Origin: Candidatus Limnocylindrales bacterium
GTDB lineage: Bacteria > Chloroflexota > Limnocylindria > Limnocylindrales > CSP1-4
Direction of reading: 5' to 3'
NCBI GenBank assembly: GCA_049520815.1
Contig: JBEKPL010000003.1
Span: forward strand, 1-62,636
DNA length: 62,636 nt
A program made the translations under genes and the position numbers. This document shows positions 9,652 through 16,898 of this stretch, piece after piece. Each line of letters begins with the position of its first letter. Positions within the stretch are counted from its first letter, which is position 1. The notes under the pieces are model-generated. The model worked only from the letters and a program-made list of their open reading frames with translations, was not told the origin of the DNA and made no database searches.

Positions 9652-9681
9652 ACTATAGCACAGGGATTTCGCGAGCGGCAA
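9652..9681 (-). promoter_or_regulatory. Sigma-70-like promoter for infC-rpmI-rplT
   Basis: Minus strand reads TTGCCG, an 18-nt spacer, then TGC-TATAGT (extended -10), about 105 nt upstream of the ATT start. The UTR contains hairpins at 9617..9636 (8 bp) and 9578..9599 (7 bp). Confidence 0.45.
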
Positions 9682-9732
9682 ACGCTCTGTTGAGCAGTTG
9701 CGAGCGAGTCCGCGATCGTGCCCGGGGGCCGG

Positions 9733-11601
9733 CTACGGGCGTCGTGCGGCCGTCTCCTCTGCCAGCCGATCGCTGAACGCGTCCCACGTCACCCCGTTCT
9801 CCTGTTCGCCCGCTCGGTTGCGAATGGCGACGGTATGGCCCTCGACCTCGCGGTCGCCCAGGACGAGCATGTACGGGATCTTCTGCTCCTGGGCCAGACG
9901 GATCTTGTTCTGCATCCGGCTGTCCGAGCCATCGACCTCTACGCGCAGCTTGCGGGCCTTGAGCAGTCCTGCCAGCTGTTCGGCGGCTGCGACATGGCGA
10001 TCGGCGATCGGGATGACGACGACCTGAACCGGGGCGCACCAGACCGGGAAGGCGCCGGCGAAGTGTTCGACCAGAACCCCGATGAAGCGTTCCAGCGAGC
10101 CGTAGATGGCCCGATGGATGGTCATCGGCCGGACAGCCTGCCCGTTCTCGTCGATGTAAGTGCAGTCGAACCGCTCGGCCAGCATGACCAGGTCCACCTG
10201 GATGGTCGCTGTCTGCCATTCGCGCCCGAGGGCGTCCTCGATCTGGATGTCGATCTTGGGCGCGTAGAAGGCGCCGTCGCCGGGCTTGAGACGGTAGGGC
10301 TTCCCCAAGGAATCCAGGGCGGCCTTGATCTGGGCCTCGGCCCTCTCCCACAGGGCGGGGTCGCCCAGAGCCTTGTCAGGCCTGGTGCCGAACGTGAACC
10401 GGGGCTCGAGCCCGAACCAGCCGTAGACCTCGTATACCTCACCCAACAGCGCCTTGATCTCGTCCTGGAGCTGATCCGGGCGGAGGTAGATGTGGGCGTC
10501 ATCCTGAACGAAGTGCCGCACGCGGGTCAGGCCGGACAGGGTGCCTGACCGCTCGTTTCGGTGTATCCGCCCGAACTCGGACAGCCGCAGCGGCAGGTCG
10601 CGGTAGGAGCGCAGCTTGCTCTTGTAGATGAAGGTGCTCTCCGGGCAGTTCATCGGCTTGAGGCTGAAGGTCTGGCCCTCCGACTCCAGGAGGAACATGT
10701 TGTCCTGGTAATTGGCCCAGTGGCCGGACTGCTCCCATAGCTTCTTGTGGACGAGCATGGGCGTACTGACTTCCTGGTAGCCGCGACGGTCCTGCACTTC
10801 CCGAATGGCAGTCTCGAGAGTCCTCCATAGACGCTGGCCCTTGGGATGCCAGAACGCGGCCCCGGGAGAGACGTCGTGGAAGCTGTACAGGTCGAGCTGA
10901 ACCCCGAGGCGGCGGTGGTCGCGCTTCTTGGCTTCCTCCCGTCTCGCCAGGTAGGCGTCCAGCTCGTCCTGGGTGGGCCAGACGGTGCCGTAGATGCGCT
11001 GCAGCATCGGCCGCTTCTCCGAACCGCGCCAGTAGGCGCCGGCCACGCTCATCAGCTTGAACGGGCCGATCTTTCCGGTGCTGCCGACGTGCGGTCCCTT
11101 GCACAGATCGATGAACGAGCCGTGCTCGTACGTAGAAGTCGGCGGCAGCGGCTCTCCCGTCGCGTTGGCCTTCGCGGCCAGGTCGTCCAGGATCTCGACC
11201 TTGAAGGGCTGATGGCGAGCTTCGAAGAAGGCCCGGCCCTGTGCGAACGGGACCTCCTTGCGGACGAAGGGATGGTCGGCGGCGATGGACGCGCGCATGC
11301 CGGCCTCGATGGCCGCGAGGTCGTCCGGCGTCAGGGGCCGCGGCAGGAGGAAGTCGTAGTAGAAGCCGTCGTCGATCGATGGGCCGATGCCGAGCTGCGC
11401 GTCCGGGAAGAGTCCCAGGACGGCCTCGGCCATGACGTGAGAGGCGGAGTGGCGCATGGCGTCCAACTCGGTGTGGGCCCCTGCGTCGAGGAGCTCGTCG
11501 ACGGAACCGCGAACGGCGGCTTCGAACTGCTCCTCCGGTTCGGCGGCGGGGCCGTCCGGGACGGATGCGGCCGTAGCCCCTGACTGATCGTCCTTGCTCA
11601 T
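9733..11601 (-). CDS. thrS: Threonine--tRNA ligase
   Basis: 622 aa. HSASHVMAEAV editing-domain motif, class II core (FGRIHRNERSG, FVQDDAHIY), C-terminal anticodon-binding domain. Confidence 0.97.
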   Translation of the reverse strand: MSKDDQSGATAASVPDGPAAEPEEQFEAAVRGSVDELLDAGAHTELDAMRHSASHVMAEAVLGLFPDAQLGIGPSIDDGFYYDFLLPRPLTPDDLAAIEAGMRASIAADHPFVRKEVPFAQGRAFFEARHQPFKVEILDDLAAKANATGEPLPPTSTYEHGSFIDLCKGPHVGSTGKIGPFKLMSVAGAYWRGSEKRPMLQRIYGTVWPTQDELDAYLARREEAKKRDHRRLGVQLDLYSFHDVSPGAAFWHPKGQRLWRTLETAIREVQDRRGYQEVSTPMLVHKKLWEQSGHWANYQDNMFLLESEGQTFSLKPMNCPESTFIYKSKLRSYRDLPLRLSEFGRIHRNERSGTLSGLTRVRHFVQDDAHIYLRPDQLQDEIKALLGEVYEVYGWFGLEPRFTFGTRPDKALGDPALWERAEAQIKAALDSLGKPYRLKPGDGAFYAPKIDIQIEDALGREWQTATIQVDLVMLAERFDCTYIDENGQAVRPMTIHRAIYGSLERFIGVLVEHFAGAFPVWCAPVQVVVIPIADRHVAAAEQLAGLLKARKLRVEVDGSDSRMQNKIRLAQEQKIPYMLVLGDREVEGHTVAIRNRAGEQENGVTWDAFSDRLAEETAARRP

Positions 11602-11932
11602 TACGTCTCCCGATGCGTCGCTCGCAGCCCTGGCCGTCGCCGCCTAATGCAAAGCCTCCCGTCCGACAGGACGAGAGGCATCTCTCGCGGTTCCACCCGC
11701 CTTCGCGTCGGCACCGTTCGCTCCCCGGCGCCGCCGCGCGCTCATGTCCGCGCTAACGGGCGGATCCCGGACCGGTTGGCCGGTCGCTCGCGGGTGGTGC
11801 CGTCGCCGGGTGCGATCGCCGTCGCTTTCAGCCACGGTTGTGGCGGCGGCTCTCTTGGACCGTTCCGGCGGGGCCTGTCCCGCTCATCGCTTTGGTTGTG
11901 GAGTTGGCCGGCGCCACTTGCGTGGCCCCGAA
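11602..11932 (-). promoter_or_regulatory. T-box leader RNA, Thr (ACC) specifier, controlling thrS
   Basis: Minus strand contains GCGAUGAGCG (K-turn), AGAGAG, the distal GUGGCUGAAAGC, the specifier context GGC-ACC-A-CCCGCGAGCG (ACC at 11796..11798), and the T-box motif GGGUGGAACCGCG (11687..11699). A 10-bp hairpin CCUCUCGUCC-UGUC-GGACGGGAGG follows at 11655..11678, then CUUUGCAUU. Confidence 0.75.
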
Positions 11933-12009
11933 TGGTGGGCGGTAGAGGACTTGAACCTCTGACCTCATGCATGTCAAGCATGCGCTCTAGCCAACTGAGC
12001 TAACCGCCC
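11933..12009 (-). tRNA. tRNA-Val (anticodon GAC), CCA encoded
   Basis: Reverse complement GGGCGGTTAGCTCAGTTGGCTAGAGCGCATGCTTGACATGCATGAGGTCAGAGGTTCAAGTCCTCTACCGCCCACCA folds as a cloverleaf. Anticodon loop is TTGACAT. Confidence 0.95.
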
Positions 12010-12131
12010 AAGCGGGGCGCATCATAACGCATCGGTCCGGCACGCCGCGGCTGGGGCGTCTCGTGGCCGCCGATCGAGGGTAGGACCCGAGAGCCCCAAC
12101 CCTTGGAGCGCGGCGTCTGAGTGGCGCCTCC

Positions 12132-12671
12132 CTACTGCGCGGGTGGGCCGGTGTAGGTGAACAGGAACTCACCAGAGGTGGCATCGACGAATGCGACTTC
12201 ATCACAGGTGGTGGGTGCGGCGGTACCAGAAGGCCGACTATTGCCGGGCACAAACGCGCCACCCGAACTCGGAGGGCAGGTGATGTTCCTCCAGCTGAAC
12301 GCCCAAACCAAGGTGTCGTTGAGGGGTTGCTTGAACGTTCCATCTGCCTGAGTTGTGCCGTACGACGCGTCGGTCATCGAAGCGAGCTCGGCGCTAGTAG
12401 GCTGACCATCAGGGCAGGCGGCGACACCGGTACGGCATAGGTCATATGCAACCGTGGCGGGGACCGAAGCGATCCGGCCATTTGGTGGCGCCAGCGTGAT
12501 ACTCGCTGTCGGGTAGGTGCGTGCCTTCGCCAGCGGCTGATCTGGGACGGACAAGGCCGCCCGACCACTACTCGCACCCGGCGCGACAGTCGCACCCGGC
12601 GCGACGCAACCCGTGAGTCCGACGAGCAGGCTGAGTGCAGCCGCGAGGATGGGACTCGCGCGCCGGGTCAT
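12132..12671 (-). CDS. Hypothetical lipoprotein
   Basis: The internal start MTRRASPILAAALSLLVGLTGC gives a signal peptide with lipobox LTGC. The ORF-track start 12821 (MLDM...) lies inside the duplicated tRNA-Val fragment and was rejected. Four further Cys in the mature part. A hand-counted line gave 36/60 G+C. Confidence 0.6.
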   Translation of the reverse strand: MTRRASPILAAALSLLVGLTGCVAPGATVAPGASSGRAALSVPDQPLAKARTYPTASITLAPPNGRIASVPATVAYDLCRTGVAACPDGQPTSAELASMTDASYGTTQADGTFKQPLNDTLVWAFSWRNITCPPSSGGAFVPGNSRPSGTAAPTTCDEVAFVDATSGEFLFTYTGPPAQ

Positions 12672-12808
12672 GGCGTGGCCCGCTTGAAGCTGGGCGACCA
12701 CGGAACTACCCATCTGGTCTCCCCCGCGAATACCGCTATAACTGCGGGGCCTTCGCTCGGCCGATCGACGTTTCGAAGGCTCTCCCCTGCACCGCTCAGG
12801 GGTGAAGG

Positions 12809-12870
12809 GCATGTCAAGCATGCGCTCTAGCCAACTGAGCTAACCGCCTGAGCGGGGCGCATCGTAGCAC
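12809..12870 (-). repeat. Truncated copy of tRNA-Val (positions about 1-40) plus about 22 nt of its upstream flank; direct repeat of 11969..12030
   Basis: 40 nt are identical (gcatgtcaagcatgcgctctagccaactgagctaaccgcc), and flank identity continues for 57/62 overall. The offset is exactly 840 bp. The fragment ends in the 3' strand of the anticodon stem. tRNA position 1 is G to A in this copy. Confidence 0.9.
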
Positions 12871-13001
12871 AGGGGCGCCGGTGCGGAGGTGCTGGGGACG
12901 ACCATGAACTGAACGTCGAGTCCTCCGGTGCGGTCCCAGCTACGGCCAAGCGCGCATCGAGGCCGCCCGCCCACTGTCCGCAAGCTCGACTAGTCAACTC
13001 C

Positions 13002-13205
13002 TCAGCCTCGACCCGCGGTCGCTCCGATGGCAGTCAGCATCAGGATGGCGATCACGATGCCTGCGAACCCATCGAGACGAGGCACGTCGCCTCGGTTGCT
13101 CCACCACGTGTAGCCCGCGGCCGCGCAGGTCCCCGATCCGGCGATCACCGCGCCGAGTCCGGCCCTGCCGAGGCGGTTGGCTTGGATGCTCTCGGGCAAC
13201 AACAC
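13002..13205 (-). CDS. Small hypothetical membrane protein (67 aa)
   Basis: GTG start with AGAGGAGG about 7 nt upstream. Two Gly/Ala-rich hydrophobic segments (GLGAVIAGSGTCAAAG and FAGIVIAILMLTAIGATAG). Confidence 0.4.
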   Translation of the reverse strand: MLLPESIQANRLGRAGLGAVIAGSGTCAAAGYTWWSNRGDVPRLDGFAGIVIAILMLTAIGATAGRG

Positions 13206-13439
13206 CGTCGCACCTCCTCTGGCGGGACGATCCTACAGAGGCGCGCGCGCGTCAAATAGCACTTGCTCCGATTCGGCCGGCCCGCGCCCGCCGAATTGGC
13301 CGCCGTCCCGGCAGAAGCACTCGAATCAGTTGTCGGCCCACACGCCGGATCATGGTGCGCCACAGGCCTGCCAACTAGTACTTCTTGGCTACGCTTCCGG
13401 CCTCAGGGCGGCCCACCTCGCCGGCCAAGGAGGACGTCG

Positions 13440-13511
13440 ATGCTCATCCGATCTGCGAAGGGCCCGGGCCTTGCCAAGTGCGCTCCGGTGGGCCCTGGAT
13501 GGAGCCGGTGA
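13440..13511 (+). CDS. Candidate 23-aa small ORF or leader peptide
   Basis: AAGGAGG lies 6 nt before the ATG. It encodes MLIRSAKGPGLAKCAPVGPGWSR. Its TGA stop is 1 nt before the ATG of the next ORF. Confidence 0.2.
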   Translation: MLIRSAKGPGLAKCAPVGPGWSR

Positions 13512-13512
13512 A

Positions 13513-13794
13513 ATGACCGGGCTGTTGGCGGCGGTGTGCCTGGCTAATCTGGCCGACCTCGCGACGTTCTTGCGTGTGAAGCCCGCGCTGATAGCAGCCG
13601 ACGAAACGAGTCCGCTGCCGCATCTGTTCGGCCAGACGGGCGGAGCGCTGGCAGCGAAGGTGATCGTGGCGGTGGGCGTCGCGGTAACCGTAATGGCGTT
13701 CCGCCGGCGTCCCCGAACCGAGGCTGCGCTGTTGGTCGTCTACACGGTCGTGGCCGTTGTTGGGACAGCCTCCAACGTCCTGGTCGGCTGGTAG
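13513..13794 (+). CDS. Small membrane protein, possibly DUF5658-like
   Basis: 93 aa, MTGLLAAVCLANLADLATFLRVKPALIAADETSPLPHLF... plus two more hydrophobic helices. The N-L-x-D-x-x-T ... E-x-x-P-L pattern resembles DUF5658, from memory only. One of very few plus-strand genes. Confidence 0.35.
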   Translation: MTGLLAAVCLANLADLATFLRVKPALIAADETSPLPHLFGQTGGALAAKVIVAVGVAVTVMAFRRRPRTEAALLVVYTVVAVVGTASNVLVGW

Positions 13795-13823
13795 CAGAGA
13801 CGTAGTCGCCCGCTACTGGCTTT

Positions 13824-14834
13824 TCAGGGCATCCACACCTGAGCCATCGCGTTGCCGAAAGGCGCGGGAGAGTCGAACCCCTCGACCCATGACTCCGAGC
13901 CTTTTGCATACCCGATCTCTCGCACAGAGGTGACCAGGCCGTCGGGGGCCACCATCCCCGAGAGCCACGCGAGCTGCGTCCCGGAGGGGTCGAAGGCCAG
14001 ACCCCACACCACAGCCGAAGAGTCCACAGCTGCGACCGTTGCCGGTTGGCCGGTCCCGAGGAATGCCTCCACAGATCCGGCGTAAACGCTGGCCCCAGTG
14101 GCCGCGGCCAGATATCGCCGATCGGCCGATAGGGCGAAGACGCGCACTCCGGCGAAGTCCATCGATGGTTTGATGGTGTGTGCGGCTACGTCGACGACCG
14201 CGAGTCGGGAGGCTTGCTGTCTGTCGGTTGTCAGGACGAGCAGTCGAGTGTCATCCAGCCACGCCACGAGCGGAGTGAACGACTCCGTCGGCGCGGGTTG
14301 CAGAGTCTCGAGCGTGCCATCGGCGGCCACCAACCAGTAACCCTGAGACTCGCCGTCCGCCGTGGCGATCGCGACCGCACCGTTCGGAGATCGGTCCAAT
14401 GCGACGATCTTCGCCGTCGGAGCCGGTCCCTGCCATTTCATCGGAAGCGGCGTCCCCGCCGTAGCCGGCGCCCCGGCTGGCCGCAGCTCCAGCGATGCGC
14501 GACCGGATATAGCCAGGTCGTCGCCGAACCGCGCGATGCCCGTCGCCGCGGGCAGTGTCGCCAGAGCCGTCCAGTGGTTGGGTGCCTCGAACCGCCACAA
14601 GCCGAGCCCGCCGTCGACACCGTCCCCCAGGACGATCAACCCGGATGCCACCGACGCGGCGGCTGTGGGCATGAATGCCGATATGGCGGCCGTGGGGGTG
14701 GGCGCCGATGCGGGCGGGACGACGGAACTCTCCAGACTGGCCGTCGGCGCCGGCGACGCCGAGCAAGCCGAGACAAACAGACACACAGCCGCAGCAACCG
14801 TCGCAACCCCGATCCGGCGTCGATCTGCCGTCAT
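13824..14834 (-). CDS. Lipoprotein with TolB/PD40-like beta-propeller repeats
   Basis: Start at MTADRRRIGVATVAAAVCLFVSAC (lipobox VSAC; GGAAGGGG upstream). Repeated motifs such as SPNGAVAIATADG, LSADRRYLAAATG, FDPSGTQLAWLSG. Confidence 0.55.
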   Translation of the reverse strand: MTADRRRIGVATVAAAVCLFVSACSASPAPTASLESSVVPPASAPTPTAAISAFMPTAAASVASGLIVLGDGVDGGLGLWRFEAPNHWTALATLPAATGIARFGDDLAISGRASLELRPAGAPATAGTPLPMKWQGPAPTAKIVALDRSPNGAVAIATADGESQGYWLVAADGTLETLQPAPTESFTPLVAWLDDTRLLVLTTDRQQASRLAVVDVAAHTIKPSMDFAGVRVFALSADRRYLAAATGASVYAGSVEAFLGTGQPATVAAVDSSAVVWGLAFDPSGTQLAWLSGMVAPDGLVTSVREIGYAKGSESWVEGFDSPAPFGNAMAQVWMP

Positions 14835-14929
14835 CTCATCCCCTTCCCTACTTCGTCCGAACCCTCGACTGATTCTTCCGTGGCCGCCGGATCGACGGCC
14901 ACGGAAGGGCATCTGGTGACGAGCCGAGG

Positions 14930-15895
14930 CTACTCGACCACGTCACCGCCAAGAACGGTCCCGTCTCCGGCGTCCACGTACAGCGTGACCAGCGAGACGT
15001 AGTCTGCTGCCACGCCCGACGGCTTGACATTGGCAACCCAGGCCAGCCGGTACGGGGCAGGAGGGGCGGAGAGCTTGGCGGCGTCGAAGGCCGCATTTGG
15101 GGCGACCCACTCGAGGTTCATCTGCTGGACCTCGTAGCCCGAGCCGCGACCGGCGAACCACCGGTCGAACTGACCGGTGACGACCTTCTTGGCGTCGTCG
15201 ATACCGAGACACTGACCTGGCGCGGCCGCCAGCTGGTGCTCGACGTGAGCAACGCTCTGGATGCGCCCGTCGGGCCAGACATGAACTCGTGTCTCGTCAC
15301 CGCGAACCTTGTAACCGTCTTGCGAGCGATCCCAGTGGACGTCCCACCCGTCTAGGACCGGGTTGGCATCGGCTCTGTACTGGCCCGCTACCGCGACGCC
15401 GGAGGCCGAGATGCCGCGCGTGGCCGATTTCGTTGCCGCGTCCATGCCAACCTTCGGCGAAGACGCCGAAGGAAGGTCGAATCGGACCGCCGAGATCAGA
15501 CGACCGGCTGGATCGAACTGAGTCAGGGCCAGAGTCTGGCCCGCGCCGTCCACCTCTTCCACCTCGTCGTAGTCGGTGGGTCGGTAGCTGTCACGAACGT
15601 GCTTGCCTGTGCGTCTCGCCCCGACCGGGAAGCCGAGAGCGTCCCTGGCCGCCGCCGCTCGATTGAAGACGTCCGGGCGGTCGTCGGCAGTGATGACGGT
15701 GGCGGTCTGGACCGGCTGGCTTACCTTCGAGTTGTTCGCGCCACCGGCTCCGACTTCGATATCGGACCCGCCGGTGCTCGTGGCGACTATTCGGTCGGCC
15801 GTGACGACCAGACCGACAACCACCACGGCAACGGCCAGGACCGTCTTGACGGCTCCAGTTGTATTGAACACTGCAGTTGTCTTCGTTCTGGTCAT
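14930..15895 (-). CDS. Membrane-anchored protein with PepSY-like repeats
   Basis: N-terminal TM helix VKTVLAVAVVVVGLVV, then modules ending in PepSY-type strands (TLALTQFDPAGRLISAV, RVHVWPDGRIQSV, LVTLYVDAGDGTVLGGDVV). Its start lies 2 nt after the stop of the upstream gene. Confidence 0.5.
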   Translation of the reverse strand: MTRTKTTAVFNTTGAVKTVLAVAVVVVGLVVTADRIVATSTGGSDIEVGAGGANNSKVSQPVQTATVITADDRPDVFNRAAAARDALGFPVGARRTGKHVRDSYRPTDYDEVEEVDGAGQTLALTQFDPAGRLISAVRFDLPSASSPKVGMDAATKSATRGISASGVAVAGQYRADANPVLDGWDVHWDRSQDGYKVRGDETRVHVWPDGRIQSVAHVEHQLAAAPGQCLGIDDAKKVVTGQFDRWFAGRGSGYEVQQMNLEWVAPNAAFDAAKLSAPPAPYRLAWVANVKPSGVAADYVSLVTLYVDAGDGTVLGGDVVE

Positions 15896-15897
15896 CT

Positions 15898-16656
15898 TCA
15901 CCACCCCGGGGTGCCGTTGTAGTTCGGGTTGCCCCACCAGTTGGCCTGGAACGGATTGGACGAGTCCGGATAGGCGTACCCGCCGATGCTCATCGCGTAG
16001 GTGAAGGCCTGGGATGCGGTTCTGAGGTGGAACAAGTTGACGTTGAGGTAGCTCCAGAACGCCTGCTCGAAGCGGAGCGCGGCACTGTCATAGGTGGAGT
16101 TCACGTAGCCGAGGTAGAACTCGCGCCGGGTGGACGACTTGGTCTTCTGGATCTGGAACGCGCCGGGCATGGTGCTCGCGTTCGCGCCGAGCTTGCATGT
16201 CGACATGATCACCAGGTTGAAGACCCCGCCAGCGGTCGCATTCTTGATCGAGCTGGACCGGATCATGTCCGTCGAGGCGCTGTTGCACCTGCCTGAACCG
16301 GGGTCCTGGAGGATGCCCGAATCGACGTTCGGATAGCCAGAGGCCGCCCAGTAGTTGTCGCCGTGCGTGTGCACGTACACCGCCCAGGGAGCCGCCACGT
16401 TGCCTAGGAATGCCGAGGCCGTGAACCCCGGCCCGAGCTCGCCACGCAGCGGGCTGTACCCGAGCTTGGCCAGCTGAGCGTTCGCAAGGTTGTAGAGCTG
16501 CTGGGGGTACGTATCCGTGAACCCCAGGCAGTTTGAGCTGAACCCGTCCGAGTTGGACCAGACGTCGCCCCTGTAGGCGAACGCAGCCTGTGCCGTCGCA
16601 CCGAGCGTCGACGCCGCAAGCAAGATGGAAACGAGCAACAGTTCCGCTCGTTTCAT
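15898..16656 (-). CDS. Secreted protein, putative caspase/gingipain-fold cysteine peptidase
   Basis: AGGAGG SD and signal peptide MKRAELLLVSILLAASTLGATAQA. A strand-His-Gly (AVYVHTHGD) is followed about 55 aa later by strand-Cys (FNLVIMSTCKLG). Asn/Ser/Tyr-rich and lower GC than the neighbouring genes. Confidence 0.45.
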   Translation of the reverse strand: MKRAELLLVSILLAASTLGATAQAAFAYRGDVWSNSDGFSSNCLGFTDTYPQQLYNLANAQLAKLGYSPLRGELGPGFTASAFLGNVAAPWAVYVHTHGDNYWAASGYPNVDSGILQDPGSGRCNSASTDMIRSSSIKNATAGGVFNLVIMSTCKLGANASTMPGAFQIQKTKSSTRREFYLGYVNSTYDSAALRFEQAFWSYLNVNLFHLRTASQAFTYAMSIGGYAYPDSSNPFQANWWGNPNYNGTPGW

Positions 16657-16898
16657 GGGACCTCCTGTGTGAGGCGGGCGGACGGCGGACCTGCGGCGGG
16701 AAGCGCGGGTGCGAAGCGCAGGCGGCGATGCGCCGCGCGCCTCGTCGAAGGGACGTGGTTAGTCGATGAGCCCTCCCGGCAACTAGCGCGCCGTCAAGTA
16801 GGCCGACGGCAGCAGGCCTCAGCGGGGCGGTCGCCCAATCCTCTCGAATCGCTCGGCCGCCGCCGCGCTGACGGGCCGACTCTAGGTGGCCCCGCTTA

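Noticed and set aside
9718-10548. 276-aa plus-strand ORF and several others inside thrS
   Set aside because: They are antisense to threonyl-tRNA synthetase, which is unambiguous. They have no motifs and the composition typical of shadow frames.
11742-11981. ORF beginning MLDMHEVRGSS, and the MLDM start of 12132..12821
   Set aside because: The MLDM codons are the anticodon arm of tRNA-Val and of its truncated copy (ATGCTTGACATG). These starts are artefacts of the tRNA sequence.
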